Numbered from the stretch's first letter, positions 38,877-48,969 are shown. The stretch is DNA of 64,000 nt from Solirubrobacterales bacterium (GCA_036520315.1 DATDJZ010000030.1:5602-69601); one strand, 5' to 3'. Notes: generated by a model not told the origin, from the letters alone. A program made the numbers and translations.

Positions 38877-39820
38877 GGCGATTCCGGTCGCGTGGGGGAC
38901 TCGGGAGCGGTTCCCGACCCGGAGGCGGACGCCCACGTGGGCGCACCGTTCCCGGAGGCGACGGGTCGGCCATCGCCGGAGATGATGCTCTCCGGCTGGC
39001 CGAAGCCGCGAAGGTCGGCGCGACGCCTGCGTGACCGGTGCCAGAGCCGCCCGAGAACCAGGCCCGCCAGGCCGGCGCGGTAGGCGGCGTAGGGCCAGAG
39101 CGCGCTGTCGCGCTCGACTACCCGGATCAGGGCCTGAGAGGCGAGCGTCGATGCGAACGACGCCGCCGTGCCCGCGGCGAATGCTGCGCGCTGATCCCGC
39201 GGCAATCCGCGTCGCCTCAGCCGGGCACCCTTGAGCGCCGCCGCCCCGACGATCACCGGAAGGGCGACGGTCCGGGACAGCATGTTGGCGTGCTGGCGGC
39301 TGAAGCCCCGCCAGCGGGCGACGCTCAGTGTGGCGCCGTTGCGCGAGATGCCCGGGGCGAGCGCGGCCGCCTGGGCGAAGCCGAGGGCGAGCCCGTCGGC
39401 GGCGGTGGCGTGACCGCGATCCCGGCTCTGAGTCGTGCGATCGGCGGCGACCATGGCCCCCGCGCCGGCAAGAAGACCGGCGGCCGTTGGGACCGGTCCG
39501 CCCAGGCGGCGCTCGATCAGGCGCTCGAAGAGGAGGCCGAAGACAGCCGCCGGCAGGAAGGAGAGGCCGAGCACCGCAGCCTTCCGCCGGTCGAAGGAGC
39601 GGAGCTCCTCCGCGATCACCTGCCGCTGGCCGACGAGCAGCGCCGCTGCCGCGCCGGCGTGCAGTGCGACGCCGAAGGTCTTCTCCAGCTCCGCGTCGCC
39701 GTCCTCGCGCTTCCAGCCAAGGAACCAGGAGGCGAGTGTGAGATGCGCGGAGCTGGAGACCGGCAGGAGCTCGGTCGGTCCCTGGACCGCGCCGAGGACG
39801 ATCGCCCTCGATGTGTTCAT
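38873..39820 (-). CDS. uppP: undecaprenyl-diphosphate phosphatase (BacA/UppP)
   Basis: LGAVQGPTELLPVSSSAHL and APGISRNGATL are BacA motifs. Polytopic. Pro/Ser/Gly-rich C-terminal tail. ATGA overlap with the dedA stop. Confidence 0.88.
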   Translation of the reverse strand: MNTSRAIVLGAVQGPTELLPVSSSAHLTLASWFLGWKREDGDAELEKTFGVALHAGAAAALLVGQRQVIAEELRSFDRRKAAVLGLSFLPAAVFGLLFERLIERRLGGPVPTAAGLLAGAGAMVAADRTTQSRDRGHATAADGLALGFAQAAALAPGISRNGATLSVARWRGFSRQHANMLSRTVALPVIVGAAALKGARLRRRGLPRDQRAAFAAGTAASFASTLASQALIRVVERDSALWPYAAYRAGLAGLVLGRLWHRSRRRRADLRGFGQPESIISGDGRPVASGNGAPTWASASGSGTAPESPTRPESP

Positions 39821-40572
39821 CGCGAAACGGGTTGCTCCTCCGACGCATCACGGGTCGCGCTGGCGCGCGCCCTCGCATCAGCGGAGCCCTCTCGCACATC
39901 GGAAGCGGGCTCCACCCGGCCTCGTCTGCGTCTCCATAGCGCGTACACGATCACCGCCGCAATCGCGGCGAGCACCGCGTAGTCGAGGTAGTGCAGCCGG
40001 TCCTTCCAGTCATCCCACTTGCTGCCCACTTCCCTCCCGAGCAGGCCCAGGGCGAAGACCCACGGTATGCAGCCCAGGAGGGTCAACCAGGTGAAGCGCC
40101 AGAACGGCATCCTCGCGACCCCCGCCGGGAGCGAGATGAAGGTCCGGATGACCGGCAGCATCCGCGAGAAGAAGACGGTCGCGTCGCCATGGCGCTTGAA
40201 CCAGCTATCGGCCCAGTCGAGGTAGCGGCGATTCGTGTGGAAGATCCGATGGCGCTCGACCAGCTCCAGGCGGCCGTAGTAGCCGATTGCGTACGCGATC
40301 CATGAGCCCACCAGGTTGCCGAGGACGCCGGCGGCAACGATCCCGAACAGGGTGAGCGTGCCGTCCTCGACCTTGAATCCGGCGAAGAGCATCGTCGCCT
40401 CACTCGGGATCGGGATCAGGGCGCTCTCGAGCGTCATCAGCACGAAGACGCCCGCGTACCCCGCGTCGCCGATCAGGTCGGTGGCGAAATCGACCAGCTT
40501 GTCGGTCACCGCGCCGGTGAGGATCACGAGCCCCGTCACAGGGGCGGCATGGTAGGCCCTGTGCCCTGGCAC
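39817..40572 (-). CDS. DedA (SNARE-associated/VTT) family membrane protein (start uncertain; GTG 40539 is an alternative)
   Basis: VFVLMTLESALIPIPSEATMLFAG and FFSRMLPVIRTFISLPAGVARM are DedA signatures. Confidence 0.8.
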   Translation of the reverse strand: MPGHRAYHAAPVTGLVILTGAVTDKLVDFATDLIGDAGYAGVFVLMTLESALIPIPSEATMLFAGFKVEDGTLTLFGIVAAGVLGNLVGSWIAYAIGYYGRLELVERHRIFHTNRRYLDWADSWFKRHGDATVFFSRMLPVIRTFISLPAGVARMPFWRFTWLTLLGCIPWVFALGLLGREVGSKWDDWKDRLHYLDYAVLAAIAAVIVYALWRRRRGRVEPASDVREGSADARARASATRDASEEQPVSR

Positions 40573-40622
40573 GGGCTTGCGCGCCCAAAAGTCCCCTTAG
40601 CGCCCACTAGACTCGCTGCGGC

Positions 40623-42518
40623 GTGGATCGGCTCAAGCATCCCGTCTGGCGTCATCGACTGATCCAGATCGCCGCCGACGCAGTCCTCGTCGCCGCGGCC
40701 TACTACCTGGCCTTCAGGTTGCGCTTCCTCGATGCCTCGGGAGGGATCCCGGAGCGCTACGACCACATGGTCGCCAACTCGATCGGATTCGTCGTCGTCG
40801 GCCAGCTGATCGTCTTCTACATCTCCGGCCTCTACGAGAAGTGGTGGCGCTACTTCCGCCTGCCGGACATGATCGCGATCCTCCGCGCCTGCGCGATCTC
40901 GACGGCGATCCTGGCGATCACCTTCCTGCTCCTGAAGCCGTTCGACGACCAGATCCCGCGGTCGGTCATCGTCTCGAACTTCCTGCTCACGGTCTTCCTC
41001 ATCGGCGGCGCCCGGCTCCTCGCGAGGATGATCCTGGTGGAGCGGCTCGCCCGCCGCGACGTCCGCGGCGCGCGGCGGGTGCTCGTGATCGGCGCGGGCT
41101 CGGGCGGGCAGATGGTCGCTCGTGAGCTGCAGCTCAATCCCAACCTCGGGGCAAAGGCGATCGGGTTCCTCGATGACGATCCGCGCAAGCGCGGGATGCG
41201 TCTCCACGGCATCAACGTTCTCGGTACGACGGAGGGGGTCGGGGAGATCCTCGACGAGCTCGATCCCGACGAGGTGATCATCGCGATCCCCTCGGCCCCC
41301 GGAGTGCTGCGGGGCCGGGTCGTCACCGCCTGCCGGGAGCGCGACGTGCCCGTGCGCACGCTACCGACCGTCTTCGAGCTGCTCCGCGGCGGCGTGCAGC
41401 TCACCAGACAGCTGCGCGAGGTCCAGGTGGAGGACGTGCTGGGGCGCGAGCCGGTGAAGATGGAGCTCGACCGGGTCGGCGCCTACATGCAGGACAAGGT
41501 CGTGCTCGTGACCGGCGCCGGCGGCTCGATCGGGGCTGAGCTGGTCCGCCAGATCGCCCGGGTGCGCCCGCGGCTGCTGGTCATCCTTGACCACGCCGAG
41601 GACAACCTCTTCCGGATCGACCGCGAGATGATCGAGGAGCGTCACTTCACCCGGATCGAGTCGGTGCTCGCCGACTGCAAGGAGCCCGAGCGGATGCTCG
41701 AGGTGATGCAGCGATTCAAGCCGGTCGTGGTCTTCCACGCAGCCGCCTACAAGCACGTGCCGCTGATGGAGGCCAACCCGCTCGAGGCGATCCGCAACAA
41801 CGCGATCGCGACGCAGGTGACCGCCGAGACCGCGGTCGCCTCGGGATGCGAGCGGTTCGTGCTCGTCTCGACCGACAAGGCGGTCAACCCGCGGACGGTG
41901 ATGGGGGCCTCGAAGGCGGTGGCGGAGTGGATCGTCGAGGCGGCCGGCCGAAAGCATCCCCAGACGCGCTTCGTCACCGTGCGCTTCGGCAACGTCCTAG
42001 CCTCCTCGGGCAGCGTGGTGCCGATCTTCCGCAGCCAGATCGAGCGCGGGGGCCCGGTCACGGTCACCGATCCGGAGATGAGCCGCTACTTCATGACCAT
42101 CCCGGAGGCGGTCCAGCTGGTGATCCGCTCGGGCGACCTGGGCGGCGCCAGCGGTGAGGTCTTCGTGCTCGAGATGGGCGAGCCCGTGAAGATCGTCGAT
42201 CTCGCCCACAACATGATCCGCTTGGCCGGCTACGAGCCGGAGGTGGACATCGCGATTGAGTTCGTCGGCGCGCGGCCCGGCGAGAAGCTTCATGAGGAGC
42301 TCTTCAACTCCGATGAGCGCCCCCAGCCGACCGCGGCGGACCGGATCGTCCGCGCCGTTCGCAACGCGCCACGGGATCCGGAGTGGGTGAATGCAACGAT
42401 CAGCCGGCTCGAGTCCCTGGTCAGCTCCGGCGACGAGGCCGACCTCGCCGTTCAGACCGTCGAGCTGGTCATGCAGCGCCGCGCCGCTGCGCTGCCGGTC
42501 GACGACGTGACGGCTTAG
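40623..42518 (+). CDS. membrane-anchored nucleotide-sugar 4,6-dehydratase (CapD/PglF/WbpM family)
   Basis: Four N-terminal TM helices. Rossmann motifs VLVIGAGSGG and VLVTGAGGSIG. Catalytic AAYKHVPLME. Also VSTDKAVNP. Confidence 0.88.
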   Translation: MDRLKHPVWRHRLIQIAADAVLVAAAYYLAFRLRFLDASGGIPERYDHMVANSIGFVVVGQLIVFYISGLYEKWWRYFRLPDMIAILRACAISTAILAITFLLLKPFDDQIPRSVIVSNFLLTVFLIGGARLLARMILVERLARRDVRGARRVLVIGAGSGGQMVARELQLNPNLGAKAIGFLDDDPRKRGMRLHGINVLGTTEGVGEILDELDPDEVIIAIPSAPGVLRGRVVTACRERDVPVRTLPTVFELLRGGVQLTRQLREVQVEDVLGREPVKMELDRVGAYMQDKVVLVTGAGGSIGAELVRQIARVRPRLLVILDHAEDNLFRIDREMIEERHFTRIESVLADCKEPERMLEVMQRFKPVVVFHAAAYKHVPLMEANPLEAIRNNAIATQVTAETAVASGCERFVLVSTDKAVNPRTVMGASKAVAEWIVEAAGRKHPQTRFVTVRFGNVLASSGSVVPIFRSQIERGGPVTVTDPEMSRYFMTIPEAVQLVIRSGDLGGASGEVFVLEMGEPVKIVDLAHNMIRLAGYEPEVDIAIEFVGARPGEKLHEELFNSDERPQPTAADRIVRAVRNAPRDPEWVNATISRLESLVSSGDEADLAVQTVELVMQRRAAALPVDDVTA

Positions 42519-42594
42519 GCAAACGGCTTCGCCATCAAACGGGTTGCTCCTCGCTTCGCCTCAGAGCACCCTCGCCTAACATCCCGCGCCCCGG

Positions 42595-43422
42595 ATGAGC
42601 AGCCTTCTCAAGGACGTCGGCGCCGTTGCGGGCCTCGCCTCCTTCCTGGGGCTGGCCCTCGTTGCCCTGCTCTATTTCGCTCAGGCGCGGGACATTCGCC
42701 GCCTGCGAGAGAACGCGAGCTTCCTCGTCGAGGCCGGCTCGGAAGACGGCGAGACGGTCACGCCGGCCGAGCGAACCGCGACCGCCGTAGCCGCCAGGAA
42801 GCCCGAGGAGGCTGCCGCCGCGGCCGCCGCGACGGCCCCGAACGACTCCGAGGCCTTCAGGAGAGCCGAGCTGGCCCGCCAGGCGGCCGAGCGCCGGAAG
42901 CGCTTCGAGCAGCGCCGCCGCCGCCCCTCGAACGGCCGAGAGCGTCCCGCTTGGCTCTCCGACTCGAAGGCGATCGCCGCGGTCGTCCTGATCGGGGTGA
43001 TCGTGGTCGCGGGCGCCGCCTACGGCGTCACCCGGATCGTCGGCGGTGGGTCCGAGTCCGATGCGCCGGCCGCCGGGACGAACAAGGGGCCCTGCCCGCC
43101 CGGGCAGACCAGGGTCGCCGTGCTCAACGGGACCCCGACCCCCGGCCTGGCGGCGACCTTCGCCGCTCCGCTGAAGCAGGAGGGCTACAAGACGACACCG
43201 GTCGGCAACACGGACTCACCCTTCAGCACCAGCGTGGTCATGTTCGACCCGCAGCAGGGGAAGGAGTGCGCGGGCGTGATCTCGGAGATCGTCGGCATCC
43301 CCAAGCAGCAGCCGATGGACAATGAGGTCCGCGTCGCCTCGGAGGGGGATCCGGTCGCCGTGGTCCTGGGAGACGACAAGGCCGGCTCGAGTGGGGCCAG
43401 CACGACCGGCTCGGGAATCTGA
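42595..43422 (+). CDS. membrane protein with C-terminal LytR_C-like domain
   Basis: N-terminal TM, charged linker, second TM, then TRVAVLNGTPTPGLAATFAAPLKQEGYKT...VAVVLGDD, which resembles LytR_C (PF13399). Confidence 0.6.
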   Translation: MSSLLKDVGAVAGLASFLGLALVALLYFAQARDIRRLRENASFLVEAGSEDGETVTPAERTATAVAARKPEEAAAAAAATAPNDSEAFRRAELARQAAERRKRFEQRRRRPSNGRERPAWLSDSKAIAAVVLIGVIVVAGAAYGVTRIVGGGSESDAPAAGTNKGPCPPGQTRVAVLNGTPTPGLAATFAAPLKQEGYKTTPVGNTDSPFSTSVVMFDPQQGKECAGVISEIVGIPKQQPMDNEVRVASEGDPVAVVLGDDKAGSSGASTTGSGI

Positions 43423-43457
43423 GCAAGCTCAGCCGATCGGTCGCCCTGATCTCCGCT

Positions 43458-43841
43458 GTGACGGTGGCTCTGCTGCTCGCCGGCACGGCGACGGCGATCG
43501 TCGTCACGCAGCACCTCCGTGACCAGGGCCCGGTCGCCAGCTCGATCTACTGGAAGATCCGCCCAGGCCCCCGCTACCGAGTCTGCTTCCTCACCTCGCG
43601 CGACGACCAGGTCAGGGTGTCGGTGGTCGACTTCTCGGACCGCCCGATCCGGATCCTGGCCGACAGCGAGCTGCAGGGCGGCGATGACCCGCACTGCTTC
43701 GACTGGGATGGAAAGACCTCGTCCGGTCAGCCCGCGCCGCCGGGCCCGTATCACCTCCAGCTGAGCCTGGAGCGCAATGACCGGACGGCGGTCTCAGGCG
43801 AGCACGTGACGATCCGGACCGGGGAGCTCAACCGTGAGTGA
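43458..43841 (+). CDS. small membrane-anchored protein with FlgD-Ig-like beta domain (start uncertain; CTG 43419 is possible)
   Basis: TM VALLLAGTATAIVV, then FDWDGKTSSGQPAPPGPYHLQLSL, reminiscent of FlgD Ig-like/FlgD_ig folds. Its stop overlaps the next gene's start. Confidence 0.45.
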   Translation: MTVALLLAGTATAIVVTQHLRDQGPVASSIYWKIRPGPRYRVCFLTSRDDQVRVSVVDFSDRPIRILADSELQGGDDPHCFDWDGKTSSGQPAPPGPYHLQLSLERNDRTAVSGEHVTIRTGELNRE

Positions 43842-45381
43842 GGCACTGGAGGTCGCCGGCTGTCTCGCGGCCGCGGCGGCGGTGTCGGTCTCCTTACTCG
43901 CCTCGGACGCCCGCCTGAGGGCGACGGGCATCTTGGTCGCGGCCGGCCTGGCCCTCGCTCTGATCGGTGGTCAGGGCTGGGATGACATCCAGAACCTCAG
44001 GGACCACCAGATCGCCTTCGCCGGGGTCATCGTCGCCAGCATCGTGATGTTGTCCGTCGGCGCGGCGGCGATGTTGCGCTGGCCCATCCTGCTCCCGCTG
44101 TTGCTGATCGCCGCGCTGCCGTTCCGGGTTCGCCTGCACGTGGCTGGCGGCGAAGCGGTGAACCTCCTGGTGCCCCTCTATGTGGTGATCGGCTCCGGGG
44201 TGTTGGCGACACTCGTGGCCACGTTTCGCGGCCAGACCAGGCTCCGCTTGCTGCCCAAGCCGCTTGTGCTGGCGCTGGTCGTGGTGGTCTGCCTGTACTC
44301 GCTGCAGACCATCTACTCACCCGACGTCGCCTTCGCGGCTCGCAACGTCGGCTTCTTCCTGATCCCCTTCGCGATCCTCTTTTCCCTGCTCGCGGAGGCG
44401 ACCTGGGACCGCCGCCTTCTGAAGCTCGCCCTCCTGGTCCTGCTCGTGGAGGGACTGATCTTCGCCCTGATCGGGATCGGGCAGTTCACCCAGGAGCACA
44501 TCTTCTGGAACGACAAGCTCGAGGCCTCGAATGATTTCCACTTCTACTTCCGGGTCAATTCGCTCTTCTGGGACCCAAACATCTACGGCCGTTATCTCGT
44601 CCTCTCGATCCTGCTCGCCACGACGACGCTGCTCTGGGCGGCCGACCGGATCAGTGCCTTGGCTCTCGCCGGAGTGGTGGCGATCGCCTTCGCCGGCCTT
44701 CTCTTCGCCTTCTCGCAGACGAGCTTCATAGCCCTGTTCGCCGGGTTGATCGTCCTGGCCGCCCTGCGCTGGAGCTTTCGCTGGACCGCGATTGCGACCT
44801 TGATCGTGATCGTCGTCGCCGGAGCTGGCCTCGTCGTCCGAACCTCGTCCAGCGACTCGACCTCGATCAACACCGAGGGGCATGGGACCTTGGTCTCGGG
44901 CGGCCTGAAGCTCGCTCGCCATCGGCCGTTCTACGGCTACGGCTCGGCGTCCTTCTCCAAGGAATTCGCTCGCGAGGAGAACGTCCCGCCGGGCGACACG
45001 ACGATCTCTCACAGCGAGCCCGTCACCGTCGCCGCCGAGCAGGGGGCGATCGGGGTGCTCGCATATCTTGCCCTCCTCGCCGCCGCCCTCTGGGCCATGG
45101 TCGATGGGATGCGCGGGATGGCTCCGGGATTGGGCGCACCGTTCAGATCGCTCGCGGAAGGGGACCGCGTCGAGCTCACTCCCGCGAGGATCGGGATCGT
45201 CGCAGCCTTCTGCGCACTGCTCGTCCACACGATCGGCTACGCGGCGTACCTGGCCGACCCGCTCACCTGGGCGCTGCTCGCCGCCGGGGGCGTGCTCGCA
45301 GCAGAGGTCGGCGCCGGCGAGTGGCCGCGGCGTGACGCCTCGACCGAGGCGGAATCCGCGGCGGCTCCTACAGTCGCCTGA
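43834..45381 (+). CDS. O-antigen ligase/polymerase-like (Wzy_C domain) polytopic membrane protein
   Basis: 515 aa with about 11 TM helices. LLFAFSQTSFIALFAGLIVLAAL and the loop RPFYGYGSASFSKEF...ISHSEPVTVAAEQGAIGVL are typical of Wzy_C/O-antigen ligase families. Confidence 0.75.
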   Translation: MSEALEVAGCLAAAAAVSVSLLASDARLRATGILVAAGLALALIGGQGWDDIQNLRDHQIAFAGVIVASIVMLSVGAAAMLRWPILLPLLLIAALPFRVRLHVAGGEAVNLLVPLYVVIGSGVLATLVATFRGQTRLRLLPKPLVLALVVVVCLYSLQTIYSPDVAFAARNVGFFLIPFAILFSLLAEATWDRRLLKLALLVLLVEGLIFALIGIGQFTQEHIFWNDKLEASNDFHFYFRVNSLFWDPNIYGRYLVLSILLATTTLLWAADRISALALAGVVAIAFAGLLFAFSQTSFIALFAGLIVLAALRWSFRWTAIATLIVIVVAGAGLVVRTSSSDSTSINTEGHGTLVSGGLKLARHRPFYGYGSASFSKEFAREENVPPGDTTISHSEPVTVAAEQGAIGVLAYLALLAAALWAMVDGMRGMAPGLGAPFRSLAEGDRVELTPARIGIVAAFCALLVHTIGYAAYLADPLTWALLAAGGVLAAEVGAGEWPRRDASTEAESAAAPTVA

Positions 45382-45385
45382 TCCG

Positions 45386-46960
45386 ATGACCGGATACCTC
45401 CGCCGCCTGGCGACGACCGGTGCCGCATACACGGCATCGAGCGTGATCTCGAAGCTGATCGCGGTCGCCCTGCTGCCGCTCTACACGCGGTACCTGACCC
45501 CGGCCGATTACGGCGCCGCCGAGGTTCTGGTCACGGGCGTGATCGCGGCCAGCATCGTAATCCGGCTGGGGATCATCGAGGCCCTGCTGCGCTTCTACTA
45601 CCAGGGAGGGGAGGAGCCGGCCCAGGTCGTCAAGACCGCGTTCGCCTCGCTGCTCTGGACGACGACGATCGGCCTGCTGGTGGCCCTTCCGCTGGCTGAA
45701 CCGATCTCGAGGCTCCTACTCGACCACTCCGACCCGGCGCTGATGCGGATCGCGATCTTCGGCCTCTGGGTGTTCACGATGTTCGAGTTCCTCACGGCGC
45801 TCTACCGGATCGACGAGCGGGCCAGGGCCTACTTCGCCTTCACGGTCGCCAACGTGCTGGTGACGATCCCGGTCACCGTCTGGCTGGTCGTGGGGGAGGA
45901 CAAGGGCGCCAGCGGCCTGCTCTTGGGCCAGTACGGCACCGGGGCGGTCTTCCTCGCCGGGCTGGTGATCTCGCAGCGTCACCGCCTTGCCCTGATTCCG
46001 GACTGGGGTCTCTGGCGCCGGATGCTGCGCTGGGGGCTGCCGACGATGCCCGCCGAGCTCTCGCTCTACTCCCTCAACTTCATCGACCGGGTGCTGATCG
46101 TCCGCCTGGTCGGGCTCGGCGACGCCGGCCTTTACAGCCTCTCGGTGAAGTTCGCGCAGGCGGTCAACGTGCTGGTCAAGGGCTTCCAGCTCGCCTGGCC
46201 CCCGCTCGCCTACTCGATCACTGACGACGACGAGGCGCGGCGCGCCTACGCCGTGATCGTCACCTGGTTCGTCTCGGTTACGACCTTCGTCGTCGCGGGG
46301 ATGTGGCTGCTCTCCCGCTGGATCGTGCGCGCGCTGGCCGCCCCGGAGTTCTTCGACTCGTACAAGACGATCGGCCTCGTCTCGACCGGCGTGATGCTCT
46401 ACGCGCTCTACCTCGTCCTGGTGATCATCCTGGGACGCACCGGGCGAACTGAGTTCAACTTCCCCGCCACCGGCGCGGGAACGCTGGTGAACATCGGACT
46501 CAACCTGGCGTTGCTTCCCTCGCTCGGGATCGTCGGGGCGGGGATCTCCCTAGTCGCCTCCTACGCCGTGGTGCTGCTGCTGATGTACGTCTTCACGCAG
46601 CGGCTCTTCAAGGTGCCGTACGAGTGGCTGCGGCTCGGCCAGGCCACCGGGCTCGCGACCGTGCTGGTGCTCGCCGGCGAGCTCTTGCTGCCCACCTCGG
46701 GCATCGGCGGCCTGGCCGGCCGTACCGCCCTCTGGCTCGCCTATCCGCTGCTCCTCTGGTGGACTGGCTTCCTGAACGAGGAGGAGCGGCAGGCGGCGGG
46801 CCGGGTCCTCCGACCCTCCTACGTGCGGGCCTCGCTCCGCCGTCTTCGGGAGGCGCCGCCCGAGGAGCCGTCGCCGGAGGAAAGGCACGAGGGTCGCGGT
46901 CCGCGCCTGACCCGCGAGACGCTCGAGGCCGAGCAACGGGATGAAGACGCGATCCGGTAG
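45386..46960 (+). CDS. Wzx-like polysaccharide flippase (MOP superfamily)
   Basis: ATG at residue 107 of track ORF 45068..46960. MTGYLRRLATTGAAYTASSVISKLIAVALLPLYTRYLTPADYG is a typical Wzx N-terminus. About 12-14 TM helices. Confidence 0.8.
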   Translation: MTGYLRRLATTGAAYTASSVISKLIAVALLPLYTRYLTPADYGAAEVLVTGVIAASIVIRLGIIEALLRFYYQGGEEPAQVVKTAFASLLWTTTIGLLVALPLAEPISRLLLDHSDPALMRIAIFGLWVFTMFEFLTALYRIDERARAYFAFTVANVLVTIPVTVWLVVGEDKGASGLLLGQYGTGAVFLAGLVISQRHRLALIPDWGLWRRMLRWGLPTMPAELSLYSLNFIDRVLIVRLVGLGDAGLYSLSVKFAQAVNVLVKGFQLAWPPLAYSITDDDEARRAYAVIVTWFVSVTTFVVAGMWLLSRWIVRALAAPEFFDSYKTIGLVSTGVMLYALYLVLVIILGRTGRTEFNFPATGAGTLVNIGLNLALLPSLGIVGAGISLVASYAVVLLLMYVFTQRLFKVPYEWLRLGQATGLATVLVLAGELLLPTSGIGGLAGRTALWLAYPLLLWWTGFLNEEERQAAGRVLRPSYVRASLRRLREAPPEEPSPEERHEGRGPRLTRETLEAEQRDEDAIR

Positions 46961-47014
46961 GGCGGCCCGCAGCCCCGGCGCGGCCCAATCGGGGCCTCCG
47001 GAGGCGGTTTCGCA

Positions 47015-48037
47015 TCAGGGGGTGGCTGCCCGCTCCAGGATCTCCGCCATGCGCGCGGCCTGCCGCTTCACGTCGTGCTCGGCAGCGGCCAGGCGCGCGG
47101 CCGGGTTGGGCGATGGCTTGCTTGCCGCCAGCTCCATGGCGTGCGGGAGGGCCGCGGGATCCTGTGGGTCCACCAGGACGCCCGCCTCGGGGGTGACGAA
47201 CTCCGGGGGCCCGCCGTTGCTGGTGGCGATCACGGTGCGCTCCATCGCCATCCCTTCGAGGGTCGCCTGCCCGAACGGCTCGATCAGCGAGGGCTGACAG
47301 AGCACGTCGCAGGCGGCGATCCAGTCCGGCACCTCCGACTGCGGGACGCGTCCCATCAGGGCGACGTTGGGTCTCCCCTCGAGCTCCGGGCGCAGGGGGC
47401 CGTCTCCGACGAATGCGAGGCGCCCTCGCCCAAGTGAGGCGAAGGCCTCGGCCAGGCGGACCACGTTCTTGCGCTCGATCAGCGAGCCGACGCAGAGGAA
47501 GGCGGGCCCGTCGCCATCCCAGCCCAGCTCGCGGCGCGCGTCGGCGGCGGAGCGGGGGGAGAACGCATCCAGGTCCACCCCGCAGTCCGCGACTTCGATC
47601 TTCGGTGCCGCTTCAGGGATCTTCTCCGTCAGCTGACCGGCGAGCCAGTGTGAGTTTGCGATCAAGGCGGAGGAGCGATTCAGGACCCAGCGGGTGGCGG
47701 CGGTGACTCCCCGAATCCGGCCGACGTTGGCGACGTCCTGGCCATGGGCCATCACGACCAGGGGCGCCCCGGCGGCGCGCGCAGCGAGGGCGCCGGCGGC
47801 TCCTGCGGGGAACAGGAAGTGAGCGAAGACGACGTCGGGACGGAATTCCTTCGCCGCCGCCCGAGCCTTGCGAACCAAGGTCAGGTACTCGGTCGGTGGC
47901 CCGCCCCGGCGGCTGATCGAGGCGACCTCCACCTCGTGTCCCAGGCTCTCGATCGCCCGCGTCAGGGGTACCAGGAAGCTGCCCAGGTCCGGGTGCTCCG
48001 GGCTGGGCCACATCTGCGTGACCTCGAGGATCCGCAT
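47015..48037 (-). CDS. glycosyltransferase family 4 (GT-B)
   Basis: ATG at residue 150 of track ORF 47015..48484. MRILEVTQMWPSPEHPDLGSF... and the EX7E-type region QPSLIEPFGQATLEGMAMERTVIAT. Confidence 0.85.
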   Translation of the reverse strand: MRILEVTQMWPSPEHPDLGSFLVPLTRAIESLGHEVEVASISRRGGPPTEYLTLVRKARAAAKEFRPDVVFAHFLFPAGAAGALAARAAGAPLVVMAHGQDVANVGRIRGVTAATRWVLNRSSALIANSHWLAGQLTEKIPEAAPKIEVADCGVDLDAFSPRSAADARRELGWDGDGPAFLCVGSLIERKNVVRLAEAFASLGRGRLAFVGDGPLRPELEGRPNVALMGRVPQSEVPDWIAACDVLCQPSLIEPFGQATLEGMAMERTVIATSNGGPPEFVTPEAGVLVDPQDPAALPHAMELAASKPSPNPAARLAAAEHDVKRQAARMAEILERAATP

Positions 48038-48039
48038 GC

Positions 48040-48969
48040 CTACGAGCCTATGGCGCGGTTGTAGTCGTCGGCCGCCTCGCGGATGCCGTCGCCGTGGCCC
48101 GGCAGCAGAGCCTGGCGCGCGTGCAGCCAGTAGCGGCGCGGCGAGTGGCCGGGCAGGACGAGGGCGGCTAGAGCGCGCAGGGCGTAGGGCCAGGCGAGCA
48201 GCGGCCGAAGCAGCGCCGCCCGAGCGCGGCCCAGGTGCTTGCGCAGGTAGCGGTCCCGGCCGCGGTGGTACTCGACGATCCGGCGCTCGGCTCCGGCCGC
48301 GTCCTGCGCCATCTGGTCGTGGTGGATCGCCCGCGCCGAGGGCACGTAGAGGATGCGCCAGCCGGCGTCGGTGAGGCGCGTGCAGAAGTCGGTCTCGTCG
48401 GAGTAGACGAAGAAGTCGGGATCGAAGCCGCCGACCTCGAGCGCCGCCTCGCGCCGGACGAGCATGGCGCTCGACTGCACCCATCCGACGGGACGGGTCC
48501 CCTCGCCGCCGCTCTCGACGGTGAACCGGCGATGCAGGAAGAGGGCGCCCGCGAGCGCGGTCTCGGCGCTTGGCAGCCGCCAGGCGCAGGGCACCGGGCG
48601 GCCCTCGGGGGAAAGCAGCTGCGCTCCGGCGACCGCCGCACGCTTGTCCGCGCGCAGTGCCCCGACCAGGGCGGGAACGGCGCCGGGCCGAAGCTCGGAG
48701 TCCTCGTTGAGCAGCAGGCAGAACTCGCCGCGAGCTGCCTCGATCAGGCGGCTGTCGTTGGCTGCCTTGCCCTCACGTCGGTCGAGCGGGATCAGCCTGA
48801 TCTCGTGGTCCAGAGCCCTGACCGCGTCCGCGGAGCCGTCGTCGGAGGCGTTGTCGAGCACCAGCACCTCGTACTCCAGATCGGGCGGCGCGGTGCGCTC
48901 GATCGCCTCCAGACAGGCGAGCAGAAACTCTCGCCCGTTCGTGTTGACCACGCAGTAGGAGAGCAGCAC
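48040..48969 (-). CDS. glycosyltransferase family 2
   Basis: SYCVVNTNGREFLLACLEAI, VLVLDNASDDGS, LLLNEDSE (DXD-like), FFVYSDETDFCTRL. Confidence 0.85.
   Translation of the reverse strand: MLLSYCVVNTNGREFLLACLEAIERTAPPDLEYEVLVLDNASDDGSADAVRALDHEIRLIPLDRREGKAANDSRLIEAARGEFCLLLNEDSELRPGAVPALVGALRADKRAAVAGAQLLSPEGRPVPCAWRLPSAETALAGALFLHRRFTVESGGEGTRPVGWVQSSAMLVRREAALEVGGFDPDFFVYSDETDFCTRLTDAGWRILYVPSARAIHHDQMAQDAAGAERRIVEYHRGRDRYLRKHLGRARAALLRPLLAWPYALRALAALVLPGHSPRRYWLHARQALLPGHGDGIREAADDYNRAIGS

Noticed and set aside
39825-39840. Exact 16-mer AAACGGGTTGCTCCTC present twice (39825-39840 inside the dedA 3' end, and 42537-42552 downstream of the capD-like gene).
   Set aside because: The flanks do not match. 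About one such coincidence is expected in 64 kb on both strands, and more with GC bias. There is no secondary structure or positional logic.
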